From a virus (taxonomy: Duplodnaviria; Caudoviricetes): a DNA stretch of 64,000 nt. Both the position numbers and the translations under genes were made by a program. How positions within the stretch are numbered: the stretch's first letter is position 1; every line of letters starts with the position of its first letter. Shown here piece by piece: positions 27,133 through 36,960 of the stretch. The stretch lies in the IMG/VR virus record IMGVR_UViG_3300014697_000001, positions 32,001-96,000 of that record; one strand, 5' to 3'. Below the pieces are notes generated by a model. That model was not told where the DNA came from. It made no database searches and saw only the letters and a program-made list of their open reading frames with translations.

Positions 27133-27711
27133 ATGACTGTATCAGTTGACAGCACTACCAATTCGAACGACGCACCCCTCATGCGTGCCGAGGACCTCGT
27201 GAACAATTTTCTGAGCGATCAGAAAAATGAATCCTCTGATGCGGGTCGTCAAGCCCGCGAAAAGATCCAGGCCCGATCTAAATCTGTAGGTGCGGCCCTG
27301 CTTCGCACCTATCTGCTAATCAGTGGTCTTTTCTTTGTGGCAGTCGGTGGCGCAGCGTGGTACCTGTATACGCAGATCAAGATGCCTGGGGTCATGGTCA
27401 CTGACACTCGACCGTGCGAGTTTGTCGATGAAAGTCGAGGTATCCACCTGACGGGCCGTCGGCACTACTCCTACATGGAGCGTGAACTCTTCGGCATCCA
27501 GTATAAGGACACTTCGAAAGTCCGTGAAGAAACCGAACTCGATGTCAAAGGCACCAGCATGAACGTCGTCGGTTTGAGTAACGATAACTGGTGGGGTGTC
27601 TTCATCGGACAGGGTGAGAAAGGTATTCAACTTTTGAAACCTGCCAGTGTCTTCGTCTTCACCATCGGTCCTAAGAACGTAGTTGTCAACGACCGCGACT
27701 TTTGCAAGTAA
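27133..27711 (+). CDS. single-pass membrane protein
   Basis: TM segment YLLISGLFFVAVGGAAWYLY; AGGAG SD. Confidence 0.8.
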   Translation: MTVSVDSTTNSNDAPLMRAEDLVNNFLSDQKNESSDAGRQAREKIQARSKSVGAALLRTYLLISGLFFVAVGGAAWYLYTQIKMPGVMVTDTRPCEFVDESRGIHLTGRRHYSYMERELFGIQYKDTSKVREETELDVKGTSMNVVGLSNDNWWGVFIGQGEKGIQLLKPASVFVFTIGPKNVVVNDRDFCK

Positions 27712-27717
27712 GGAGCG

Positions 27718-28128
27718 GTGGCGTTAAACCGCCTGAATCTTTCCGCACCACAGTCCCGATCCCTAAAGAAGGTTGATATGTCCGACACCCCGAACGCAGT
27801 CATCAAGTGGCTGCATTCGCCCTCAGGACGCAGTAAGCGCTCAGGTATCGTGAATCAGGGGTGTTATATCCTTGAACACGATGCCACCGGGCGCTTTTAC
27901 ATGGGTGAGTCTACCCACGTCAGTCAGGAGGTCGATAAACAGCTAGGCCTCCTGACAGTCAGCAAACACCCCTGTAAGCTCCTAAATGGCCTGTACGAGC
28001 GAGATAATGCCATCCGAGTACACGAGTACCCGTGCGCCTCCAAACGCGATCGGAAGAAGCTTCTCAAAGAACAGATCGACAATCAGGTATACGACTACCT
28101 CTGCCTCAATCCAGGTGTTATTAAATGA
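27718..28128 (+). CDS. GIY-YIG family nuclease (catalytic domain only)
   Basis: GCYILEHDATGRFYMGES motif. Confidence 0.65.
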   Translation: MALNRLNLSAPQSRSLKKVDMSDTPNAVIKWLHSPSGRSKRSGIVNQGCYILEHDATGRFYMGESTHVSQEVDKQLGLLTVSKHPCKLLNGLYERDNAIRVHEYPCASKRDRKKLLKEQIDNQVYDYLCLNPGVIK

Positions 28129-28604
28129 TCCTACCCCCGACTGCTGAAATTGCATTCCGTTACATCCAATCCACCCGCGACTACATCATGGAGACCGCCC
28201 GCGCCTGTCACATGCAGGTTTTTGCTACACCTGAGTTCTTGGAACAAAATCCTCACCTTACCCCTTACGTATTCACCACCCACGTGGGCGACGATGTAGT
28301 TATCTTGAACATCAGTCCCATGGCCATTCGTGACTTCCGGCTGGAAAACACCAACATCATCTTCAAGGCACGCTACCAGGGCGTTGAATACGTCCATACC
28401 GTCAGCCTGCACGGGGTGATTGGTGTATATGACCCTGCCATGCCGCAGATCATTCATACCTGCATCCCAACGACCATCCTCGTGTCCGAAACCGCGATGC
28501 ACATGGTACATGGTGTAGCCATTGAGGTGGTGGATGGTGCACCTACAGTCGAAGTCAGGAAAGAAGAACCCACCCGCCCCTCCTTCCTTACTGTGGTGAA
28601 ATGA
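28125..28604 (+). CDS. sspB: SspB-like ClpXP adaptor
   Basis: VILNISPMAIRDFRLEN..IIFKARYQG...VIGVY core and C-terminal RPSFLTVVK, resembling the ClpX-binding RPALRVVK. Confidence 0.8.
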   Translation: MILPPTAEIAFRYIQSTRDYIMETARACHMQVFATPEFLEQNPHLTPYVFTTHVGDDVVILNISPMAIRDFRLENTNIIFKARYQGVEYVHTVSLHGVIGVYDPAMPQIIHTCIPTTILVSETAMHMVHGVAIEVVDGAPTVEVRKEEPTRPSFLTVVK

Positions 28605-28607
28605 ATC

Positions 28608-29054
28608 ATGAACCAAGCTACCCTTAACCTGTTTCAAGCGCCGACCGATACCTACCATCACACCTCGCTCCACGCCCTACCGATTGCTTACAGCGAAGGG
28701 CTCTCCACCGAGGAGTGTGCCCATCTGCTTGAAAATACAATTCCGGTGTATTCCAAGTGGCCAGACCGCACGGTTACAGGCAACAATCCCGACCTGGTTG
28801 ATATCTATCGGTACCGAGCGCCCTTCAAGGTTGGATACCTTAAGCCGCTTGGTCTGATTATTGAAAACAAATCTGTCGTATTGCATGCCCAATTGCTTTA
28901 CGGTAATCCCGATGGTTTGGCCAGTGAAGTGTTTCTATCATTGGAGCTGATGACATTGACCGTGGATAAAGTTCTGGGTGACCAGAATTCCGGTCGCCGT
29001 ATTGTTGGTCTGTCTCGCGCTATTCTCACCCCACGACCTGAAGTCATCGCTTAG
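28608..29054 (+). CDS. hypothetical protein
   Basis: 148-aa ORF within the operon. Confidence 0.7.
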   Translation: MNQATLNLFQAPTDTYHHTSLHALPIAYSEGLSTEECAHLLENTIPVYSKWPDRTVTGNNPDLVDIYRYRAPFKVGYLKPLGLIIENKSVVLHAQLLYGNPDGLASEVFLSLELMTLTVDKVLGDQNSGRRIVGLSRAILTPRPEVIA

Positions 29055-29071
29055 GTCATAGGAGCCTGCTT

Positions 29072-31120
29072 ATGGACACCCGTATCGCCACCCTGCGTGC
29101 TGAACTGGCGCGACTCAATGACCTGTACTACAACCAGGGTCAATCGGATGTCTCTGACGAAGTCTATGATTCCCTTAAACAGGAATTGAAGGCTCTTGAA
29201 GGGGAGACCGACGATCCGCTTTCCCCTTTGAATCAAATAGGGGCTCCGCCCGGCGGCAGTTTCGATAAGGTCAAGCACCTGTCGCCCATGCTCAGTCTGA
29301 TGAACGTCTACAACGAAGAGGAGCTGATCGACTGGTGTGTGGGGCTTGACAGTCCTATTTACGCCGCTCTGGAATACAAGCTCGACGGTGCCAGCCTGAA
29401 TGTCCGTTACACCAATGGCAAACTTGTCTGTGCAGTTACCCGCGGTGATGGTTATGTCGGCGACGACATCACCGACAATGCCGTGTTCTTTGAGGGTATC
29501 CCTGCTGACATCGGTCCAATTCCGGGCGACATTGAATTCCGTGGAGAATGTATAATTCCCCACGCCCAATTCAAGAAAGCCTGCGAGCGCCGTGAAGCTC
29601 AAGGCAAGAAACCCTATGCCAACGCCCGTAACATGGTTGCTGGCCTGATGCGCAGAAAGGAGGGTGAAAGTCTGCTGGGCATGGGCATTCGTTTTATTGC
29701 ATACGACGCGGTGATATACGGTGATGGCATGTCAAGGTCGGTGTCGTTGGCTGATGTCGACGATACTGTACTCCAGGCCTTCTACAAAGTTGATGCCCTG
29801 TGGACTGGCCTGAGTACCTCGATTGATCAGATCATGGAGACGGTCAACCGAGTGGCTGAAGAACGCCATAGCCTCGAGTACGACATCGACGGCCTGGTAC
29901 TTAAGGCCATTAACGGTACAGTGCGTTCCTCGCTGGGTCAGCGTTCGACCTCACCTCGCTGGGCAGTGGCCTATAAGTTCGAAGCCCAGTCGACCACTTC
30001 GATCTTGGAGCGGGTTGAGGTACAAGTCGGCCGGACGGGAGTGCTCACCCCTGTCGCCAAGATTCGTCCCGTGAAGCTCTGCGGGGTAACTATCAGTAGT
30101 GTGACCCTTCACAACTTTGAAGAAGTCAAGCGCCTGGATCTTCGCATCGGCGATACGGTTGTGGTTTCACGTCGAGGTGACGTTATTCCCAAGATTGAAT
30201 CGGTCATCACCTCACTGCGCACCGATGAACACGGTATCATTCAGGTTCCAACGACCTGTCCTTGCTGTGATTCGCCGGTAGAGAGCCGCGGTGAGGGCGG
30301 TGAGTTGTTCTGTACCAATGACGAAAGCTGTGCAGCTCAGGTGGTCAACCGGATGAGCTACTTCGTCAGCCGTGCAGGCATCGACGTTAAGAACCTTGGC
30401 CCTGCGGCAGTCGAAGCCCTCATTGAAGCCGGATCACTCGGGTCGTACAGTTCGCTGTTCCACCTGTCGGAAGAGGACTTTTATCTGGCAGGTATCAGCA
30501 CCAACATGGCCGAGAAGATCCTGACCAGCATAAACCGCTGCCGAGTCCTACCGTTCTACAAGGTACTGCGCGCGGTCGGTATTCCTGAGGTAGGCGATAG
30601 CACTGCACGGGCGCTGGCCAGTCAGTTCCATAACTTCGAAGCCTTGGGACAGGCCATTCTATTGGAGCTTCAGGAGGTGGATGATGTTGGTCCAACTGTG
30701 GCCCAATCGATAATCAATGCGTTCCTTACCAACGGATACGACTTGTTGGCCCTGGATAAGATCCTGACCTACACCGATGAAGTGGTCAAGAAAGCTGAAC
30801 ATCAGGATCTAACCGGATTGACAGTCGTGGTCAGTGGATCGTCGTTTGATGGAAAGTCACGCAAGGAGATGGAAGATGAAGTCATCTCTCGTGGCGGTAA
30901 GCTCACCAAGAGTGTCAGTAAGAACACTGACATCGTGTTTCTAGGTGTCGGGCATGGTCCTGATAAGGCCAAGACCGCTAAGGAACTTGGGTTTACCGAA
31001 GTCGGGGCGATGCTCGTCAACCCCAAGACCCTGAATAAAGCCAATAACTTCCATTCGAAATTGGTCGTCATGCCTGTTTCGGACACGACTAAACCTCAAG
31101 GAGAAACAAATGAACAATGA
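29072..31120 (+). CDS. ligA: NAD-dependent DNA ligase
   Basis: EYKLDG adenylation motif, PRWAVAYKF, QVGRTG, RGDVIP, C4 zinc finger, HhH repeats and BRCT. Confidence 0.97.
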   Translation: MDTRIATLRAELARLNDLYYNQGQSDVSDEVYDSLKQELKALEGETDDPLSPLNQIGAPPGGSFDKVKHLSPMLSLMNVYNEEELIDWCVGLDSPIYAALEYKLDGASLNVRYTNGKLVCAVTRGDGYVGDDITDNAVFFEGIPADIGPIPGDIEFRGECIIPHAQFKKACERREAQGKKPYANARNMVAGLMRRKEGESLLGMGIRFIAYDAVIYGDGMSRSVSLADVDDTVLQAFYKVDALWTGLSTSIDQIMETVNRVAEERHSLEYDIDGLVLKAINGTVRSSLGQRSTSPRWAVAYKFEAQSTTSILERVEVQVGRTGVLTPVAKIRPVKLCGVTISSVTLHNFEEVKRLDLRIGDTVVVSRRGDVIPKIESVITSLRTDEHGIIQVPTTCPCCDSPVESRGEGGELFCTNDESCAAQVVNRMSYFVSRAGIDVKNLGPAAVEALIEAGSLGSYSSLFHLSEEDFYLAGISTNMAEKILTSINRCRVLPFYKVLRAVGIPEVGDSTARALASQFHNFEALGQAILLELQEVDDVGPTVAQSIINAFLTNGYDLLALDKILTYTDEVVKKAEHQDLTGLTVVVSGSSFDGKSRKEMEDEVISRGGKLTKSVSKNTDIVFLGVGHGPDKAKTAKELGFTEVGAMLVNPKTLNKANNFHSKLVVMPVSDTTKPQGETNEQ

Positions 31121-31571
31121 GCTGGTAAAGCTCCCTGCACCTTTGACTGTTGAGGAGGTGGTAGCCAAGCTACCGCCTTTCGACTGCAGTCTGGGCTGGG
31201 GCGTACAGTCAATGACTGCCGACACAGTCCGTGCCATGGTGTTGTTGGCCAGTAGCCGCAGCGAACATTACCGCTACGCCCTGGCGGCCTCCATCGGTAT
31301 CGCACAGTACCTCTTCGATATGCCGGAAGGATCGGTCACCTCGCGTGCCCACTTCGTCCGTGCCAAGCAAGACGGTACGCGGATCGGCCTGTTCGATAAT
31401 CTGGACCTCCATGTCATTCAGGAACCTGTACCTGAAGAGATCGAGGAAGAGTACCTGATGCTATTGATCCTGAATGACGACCACTTGGTAGACAGCTACA
31501 TCGTCTCCAGGCTTCGTCTTCCGAGCGATCACGTGGTTCAGACCATCAAGCTCCCGACGGCGCTCAGTTAA
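31110..31571 (+). CDS. hypothetical protein
   Basis: AAGGAG SD, overlapping ligA end. Confidence 0.75.
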   Translation: MNNELVKLPAPLTVEEVVAKLPPFDCSLGWGVQSMTADTVRAMVLLASSRSEHYRYALAASIGIAQYLFDMPEGSVTSRAHFVRAKQDGTRIGLFDNLDLHVIQEPVPEEIEEEYLMLLILNDDHLVDSYIVSRLRLPSDHVVQTIKLPTALS

Positions 31572-32119
31572 TGGATATCTTTGATCTGGTGGTCAGTGCG
31601 CAGAATCAGCGCATCCAATCCCCGGCTGATTTGTCCATTACCTGCTTTGGTAAGAAGGGCCATGGAAACCGAATCCTGAGGATGCACTATCACCAGAAGC
31701 ACCTGGTGATGAAGTGTACCCAACGCGATGACCTGAGCAAGTATCCCGAGGTCATGGCCGAGTACATCCAGGGCCTTGAGGCTACTCAGGAGTATCCGTG
31801 GGTGGTGCTGAAGGATCAGGCGTTCGTGGACCTTAAGACACTTCCGACTATCGCTGAGATTCAGCCTAAAGAGCACCTTACCTGTTCGTTGCAGACAGGG
31901 CAGGTGCTTTGGGAGACACTGGCTGAGGTGCCGCGTGAAAACGCTTACCTTCGACAGTGGAAGGCTGCCAATGGCGGTGTGGGGATTGAGCTGATCCTTG
32001 TAACGAGCGGTGAACCTGGCCGTGAGATCCATGAGTTCTCCATGAACTACTACGCCAAACCTGAAATGGAAAAGGTGGTAGAAAGCCTGTCGCATAAGCT
32101 GGCTCATCACGCATCGTAA
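31571..32119 (+). CDS. hypothetical protein
   Basis: TAATG coupling; followed by hairpin 32123-32152. Confidence 0.75.
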   Translation: MDIFDLVVSAQNQRIQSPADLSITCFGKKGHGNRILRMHYHQKHLVMKCTQRDDLSKYPEVMAEYIQGLEATQEYPWVVLKDQAFVDLKTLPTIAEIQPKEHLTCSLQTGQVLWETLAEVPRENAYLRQWKAANGGVGIELILVTSGEPGREIHEFSMNYYAKPEMEKVVESLSHKLAHHAS

Positions 32120-32172
32120 CGACATAGAGGAGGGCGTGTGCCCTCCTCTATGCTGACTTTAAAGGATTCGCT

Positions 32173-32688
32173 ATGAAAATTACGTTGGTATATGCCCAGA
32201 CTAAAGACTGCGCCATCGGATACAATGGGAATAAACCCCTACCGTGGAACTACCCCGAAGACCTGACTCACTTTGTCCAAGTCACACGGGGAAAACCCAT
32301 GATCATGGGCATGTCGACCTTCGAATCGCTGCCAGGTCTTTTACCTGGCCGGTTCCATCATGTACTTACCCGCAAGAAGTCTTTTCTTTCGTTGGGTCGT
32401 ACAGATAGGGTTATGTTCCATGCCTCTCTCGATGACGCCCTGAATGTGTGTCTGGAGGACATGGCCGAAGAAGTCTGTTTGATCGGAGGGGCTTCAGTCA
32501 TCACAGAAGGGATGGGAGCGGCTGACACTATTCATCTGACAGTGATTCTGAACAAAACCCTCGAAGGAGACCTGGCCGTTGTTCCTGAAATACCCGGTGA
32601 GTTTGAATGTGTCAATGTCCTGGCTTGCCCCACCAATCCCGACCTTGTTTTCCAGACATTTAAGCGAATCCCCCACTGGTCACCTTAA
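32173..32688 (+). CDS. folA: dihydrofolate reductase
   Basis: AIG...LPWNYPEDL.HF...MGMSTFESLP..LPGR...IGGA. Confidence 0.93.
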   Translation: MKITLVYAQTKDCAIGYNGNKPLPWNYPEDLTHFVQVTRGKPMIMGMSTFESLPGLLPGRFHHVLTRKKSFLSLGRTDRVMFHASLDDALNVCLEDMAEEVCLIGGASVITEGMGAADTIHLTVILNKTLEGDLAVVPEIPGEFECVNVLACPTNPDLVFQTFKRIPHWSP

Positions 32689-32726
32689 TGCAGTTTATCC
32701 TATGACTTCATTAACCAAATATAGGA

Positions 32727-33008
32727 ATGGTTATGGCCAGCGTGCCCCAGTTAACCACATCCCTTCGTAATCTACTGCAATCCATCCACAACACAATTGC
32801 TGGTAAATTGGATGCAGCCGGTACGGCGGCGAATGCCTCTAAACTCGATGGCTCCACCAAAATCCAGATTCAGCAAGAAGTGGTCAGCAGTAATCTGGGG
32901 CACGTTTCAGGCCGCATCTACAAGAATACAGAAGGTCCTGGGTTTGAAGCACTTTATCTGGACCATGACGGTACATTCCTGACACTGGGCAATGCTGGCA
33001 TAATGTAA
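32727..33008 (+). CDS. small fibre-like protein (N-terminal anchor module)
   Basis: PQLTTSLRNLLQSIHNTIAGKLD...AANASKLDG resembles the N-termini of 6901 and 53211; TATG motif at 32701. Confidence 0.65.
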   Translation: MVMASVPQLTTSLRNLLQSIHNTIAGKLDAAGTAANASKLDGSTKIQIQQEVVSSNLGHVSGRIYKNTEGPGFEALYLDHDGTFLTLGNAGIM

Positions 33009-33138
33009 TCTAAACCAACAGTATGTCGAAGTATGCTCAAAATTTCCATGACACTCTATTGCAAAGAGCAAGCTACACTTAAAATAATAGCCCTGCAATG
33101 TGTTGTCAGTAGTTGGAAACACAACAGGAACAGCTTTC

Positions 33139-33621
33139 ATGTCCAAGGGTAAATATGTAATACCGGTGATCCTAGGTCAGCGCGGTCGAGAATTGTTTTT
33201 TGTCAAGGGGGACATTCCTCGCGACCGCAACCTGATCCTGGTTCGAAAGTTCGGTGAGAGGGGACTCACCGACAAAGACATCCGTCATCTCGATAAACTG
33301 CTGGAAGGTCAACACAGCGACATTCCGCGGCCGAATCGGGTCAAAGAGCTTGAGCATATCTGCGCTCAGTCAATAGGTCTGATCAGTGAACGTGAAGCCA
33401 CCTTGGTTCATGGCTACGTCACCAATGTTCTTCCCGGTGCCTTCAAGGCTCCTGAGTTGAGCAACTGGTACATCTTCGAGCGACCAAGTGAAATCATCCC
33501 GCTCAAGTTGGCACGCTTCTCGATCAACCTGCTCGAGCGCACTGAACGATCTGCGTTGGTCGAGGCCTTGAATATCATCAAGGTCCCGTCCACTCACACC
33601 GATTTCAGCGACTATCGGTGA
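33139..33621 (+). CDS. hypothetical protein
   Basis: AGGA SD; followed by a hairpin. Confidence 0.75.
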   Translation: MSKGKYVIPVILGQRGRELFFVKGDIPRDRNLILVRKFGERGLTDKDIRHLDKLLEGQHSDIPRPNRVKELEHICAQSIGLISEREATLVHGYVTNVLPGAFKAPELSNWYIFERPSEIIPLKLARFSINLLERTERSALVEALNIIKVPSTHTDFSDYR

Positions 33622-33819
33622 CCGTAATTCGGCGTCCTGCGGGGCGCCGTTTTATGCCGCATGTCAAAATAGGAGACGTTATGACTGCATCAACCCCCAC
33701 GATGAAGTGGAGGCTAGGGTCTTTAAAGTCGAACAGATAACGGTCATTCGCGAGTACATGCTTTAATCCGTCAAAGAAAACGAATACACCATCATGTATG
33801 TTTAGTCAAGGAGTGTAAC

Positions 33820-34626
33820 ATGTCAGATTACCACGGAGCCGCCACTCGTTCGATAGACCCTGATACCTTCGCGCATTACGACGGCGAGACATGGTGGCGT
33901 CAGCTACGAGATGCGGTGATCAACGAAGAGAACTCTCGGGCACTGTGTCTGATCGACAGCCTGCCTCAGAGTCTGAAGTACCTCAAGCATGTGGGTCAGA
34001 CCCACGTGATTGTTGAGCATCCGGACCACATGACCGAAGACATGGTCGATGCCACCCGCAGTCTGCTGCTTTACACCGATACTTTCAGTACGCATGACGC
34101 GGCGCACATCCGTGAATTGCTCAGCATGCGCGGTTGGACCAAGCGTCATCTACCTGAGTGGTTCCAGACCTACGAAGGACATCTGACCAAAGCTGCTCGT
34201 GCGTCACTGGCGTATCACCTGACCATCATGGCGGCGATTGACCCACCTAAACCTGAAGAGCGGCACTTCCCCAAGGCCAGCACGAAGAAACCGCGACCGG
34301 GCGAGCAGCGCCTGTGGATCACTATCCGTGACACCAACAGCACCAAGGAACTGTGTTTCGGATGGGCCTATGAAACCAGCATCCTCTCCAACAAAGCTGA
34401 GGTACTGGATGTTCAGATCAACCGTCATCAACTGCCTGAAGACTGGCGGCATTACTTCAAGAAGCAGGCCATCGATGTCAGCGCTCGTGTCAGCAAAGGC
34501 GAGGACAATCTCTACCGCATCGAGCACCATAAAGCGCGCATGGGTGTCAAAGATGGATTCGCCCAGTGGCTGGAGATCGAAATCGACGATGGGGTCGAAC
34601 GTTATAAACGGGAGAGTAACCAATGA
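33820..34626 (+). CDS. hypothetical protein
   Basis: AAGGAG SD; 268 aa. Confidence 0.8.
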   Translation: MSDYHGAATRSIDPDTFAHYDGETWWRQLRDAVINEENSRALCLIDSLPQSLKYLKHVGQTHVIVEHPDHMTEDMVDATRSLLLYTDTFSTHDAAHIRELLSMRGWTKRHLPEWFQTYEGHLTKAARASLAYHLTIMAAIDPPKPEERHFPKASTKKPRPGEQRLWITIRDTNSTKELCFGWAYETSILSNKAEVLDVQINRHQLPEDWRHYFKKQAIDVSARVSKGEDNLYRIEHHKARMGVKDGFAQWLEIEIDDGVERYKRESNQ

Positions 34627-34901
34627 GCCGTAAGCTGGGTAAGAAACATCCTCAATACGTCGGTACGAAAGGACTGGAGCGTCTGAAACGTGAACGATAC
34701 TACTGGAACCATAAGCGTCGGCTATGGGATACGTACATAGTGCAGAACCTTCTGACCCATAATAGCTTGCGTGATGTCTACTGGAACCCACAATGTGGGG
34801 TGGCGTGCTCCAAGGGTATTTTTAAGACGCTGACTCCAGCCAAGCAAAAGCACTACGCTAAACTGGAACGCTATTACTACCGCGCCAGTACCGGCCGTTA
34901 G
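34623..34901 (+). CDS. basic hypothetical protein
   Basis: ATGA overlap, GGAG SD. Confidence 0.7.
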   Translation: MSRKLGKKHPQYVGTKGLERLKRERYYWNHKRRLWDTYIVQNLLTHNSLRDVYWNPQCGVACSKGIFKTLTPAKQKHYAKLERYYYRASTGR

Positions 34902-34957
34902 AAGTCCCCCCATGTCGTAACCACCATCATTTAACATCACCACCAAGGAGTGCTCCA

Positions 34958-36034
34958 ATGAGCCAGCATCAAGAACTGAAGCAGTACAACCGCACCAAGC
35001 GCGATGAGATGACTTTCGGCGTGTTGCCCGAGTACGTCCCCGCCAACCTGGTCGGTGAAGATGGTATCGGTGCCCGTATGTACGACTCCAATGAGATCCA
35101 CAATCTCATGATGGAAATGGATGCAGGTTTTGTCGGCATGCGTCGCAGCCTGATCGACAAACTGGAGAACGTCCAGCAACTGATCCTCTACACCGTGGCC
35201 GGTCAGATTGACAAACACGGCGTGCTGCGTTTCGCCACCTATCAGCGTGCCGCTGGTGCCGATGCTCGTCTTAAAGACGGTTTCTCCATCGGCTTCGGTG
35301 GTCATGTGGAAATCCCAGATCTCTTCGGTCAGTACAACATCACGCCCAATGGCGAATACGTTGAAATCGCCGAAGTGCCGTCGAGCTTCTATTCCACCCT
35401 TCGTTCAGGTATTCGCGAGCTGCAAGAGGAGGTGGTATTCTTTACGGCGGGTGATGTGGAGACCCCGTACAGCGAAAAAGAGATGCTGACAAACCTGGCG
35501 CGTGGCTTTGGTCTGGACGTCGAACTGGAACACATCGAGGTCGATGGCGAATTCACGGCTGAATTGCGTGAAGGTGCCATGGTGGTCACACCGCCTGCCG
35601 TTATCTCCCGCGATGCCGAAGCAGGCAAAGCATACATCTACACCATCCGTGAAGGCGCTACCCTGGCCGAAGTGTATGGGATGTTCACCGGCCAAGAACC
35701 GATCAATAAGGTTGAACCGCTGGATCTGGGTGCCAACGTGGTCCCCTTTGGCTTCGTCTGTGACCGCGACATGAGCAAGCCTGGATTCGTGGGCAATACC
35801 CATCTGGGCGTGCTGGCAATGTTCCGGGTAGATGCTAACGTCGACTTCAAGGTCCTTGAAGACAAGTACACCACGATTGGTTGGAAGACCAAGGATGAGC
35901 TGCGTGAGATGAAGGCACGCTGTGAGCCCTGGACCCAGTACGTGATCGAGCATCTGGATGCCATGGAAGCTCGTCTGATCGAAGATTGCAAGATCGATGC
36001 GCGTACCCAAGAGCTGGAAGCTAACTTTCAGTAA
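34958..36034 (+). CDS. Nudix-superfamily phosphoesterase (COG4112-like) with insertion
   Basis: YQR...DARL...SIGFGGHVE, GIRELQEEV and VGNTHLG. Confidence 0.75.
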   Translation: MSQHQELKQYNRTKRDEMTFGVLPEYVPANLVGEDGIGARMYDSNEIHNLMMEMDAGFVGMRRSLIDKLENVQQLILYTVAGQIDKHGVLRFATYQRAAGADARLKDGFSIGFGGHVEIPDLFGQYNITPNGEYVEIAEVPSSFYSTLRSGIRELQEEVVFFTAGDVETPYSEKEMLTNLARGFGLDVELEHIEVDGEFTAELREGAMVVTPPAVISRDAEAGKAYIYTIREGATLAEVYGMFTGQEPINKVEPLDLGANVVPFGFVCDRDMSKPGFVGNTHLGVLAMFRVDANVDFKVLEDKYTTIGWKTKDELREMKARCEPWTQYVIEHLDAMEARLIEDCKIDARTQELEANFQ

Positions 36035-36079
36035 TCTAAGTACTTGAAGTAGTTAGTTTTTACTGGCTAGATTATCTAT

Positions 36080-36925
36080 ATGTAGTAGCACTGTGACAGC
36101 ATTTAAGGAATTGAATGTTTCTGACACTCTCGCCATTACTGTCGATGTTTAGACCAGGTGCTCTGTGGCTGGCTCAACGGGTGATGAAGGCCTTACCGCC
36201 CACTTATCACTCGTTGGACCGCGGTCATAGAAGTCCTCGGGTCAAGGCAAGAGACGGTTTCTCGCAGATGGCGCGCACCTCATGCCGTTGGAGCATGGTA
36301 GGGTGGCGACCAGAACGCACCTTGAACTTAACTGACAGGATCTGGGCACTGTCCAAATGCCCCACTAAAAATTCCCTCCAAGGAGGACGATATCGTCACA
36401 CGCGGACCAGTCTTGGTATTGGTCTTCTTACTAGGACACTTGATGGGATATTCCGGCCAGATAACAGCCGGATGGTTTTCCAGTGAGCAACACTTTAGTG
36501 CACCAAACAACTCATTCTATCTCGAGACCCCGGCCATTGTGCTGGTTAAGGCAGTATTACCATACTACCATGAGATTGAACTGTACGTTGGAATTGATCG
36601 CGGTGAAGCTCCAAGTAAAGTAGTAAGTGGGCAGGTATTGAAGACGGCTCGATCTGTCGAATTGCACGGGTACTGTGGGTCCCGTAAGCATTTCTAGGTC
36701 GAGTAGCATAATTGGGCTACCACCACACTCCTCACCGATTAAGTTCGGCCATTGATGATCAGCGGATCATCCAAGTCCTACCACCCGTAGGCACCGGTAG
36801 CAAAGGTTACGGAGAAGACGGCAATGTACACAGCTCAGGTAGCCCCTGAGTGGAACCTGAGCGTTCCTTCAATTGTGGTACACCCGAGCTTCTCCAATAC
36901 TTTCCTTTATTTTTTTGTTTTCTGT
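36080..36925 (+). ncRNA. candidate large structured ncRNA (~800 nt)
   Basis: No convincing ORF; many local and nested long-range helices; ends in a U-rich tract. Confidence 0.5.
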
Positions 36926-36960
36926 AATTGTGTGTCTCTTTTCTATCGAGTGCACTCACC

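Noticed and set aside
36115-36697. ORFs 36115-36486 and 36413-36697 as proteins
   Set aside because: Atypical composition and dense RNA helices. Not fully excluded, because an SD-like TAAGGA precedes 36115
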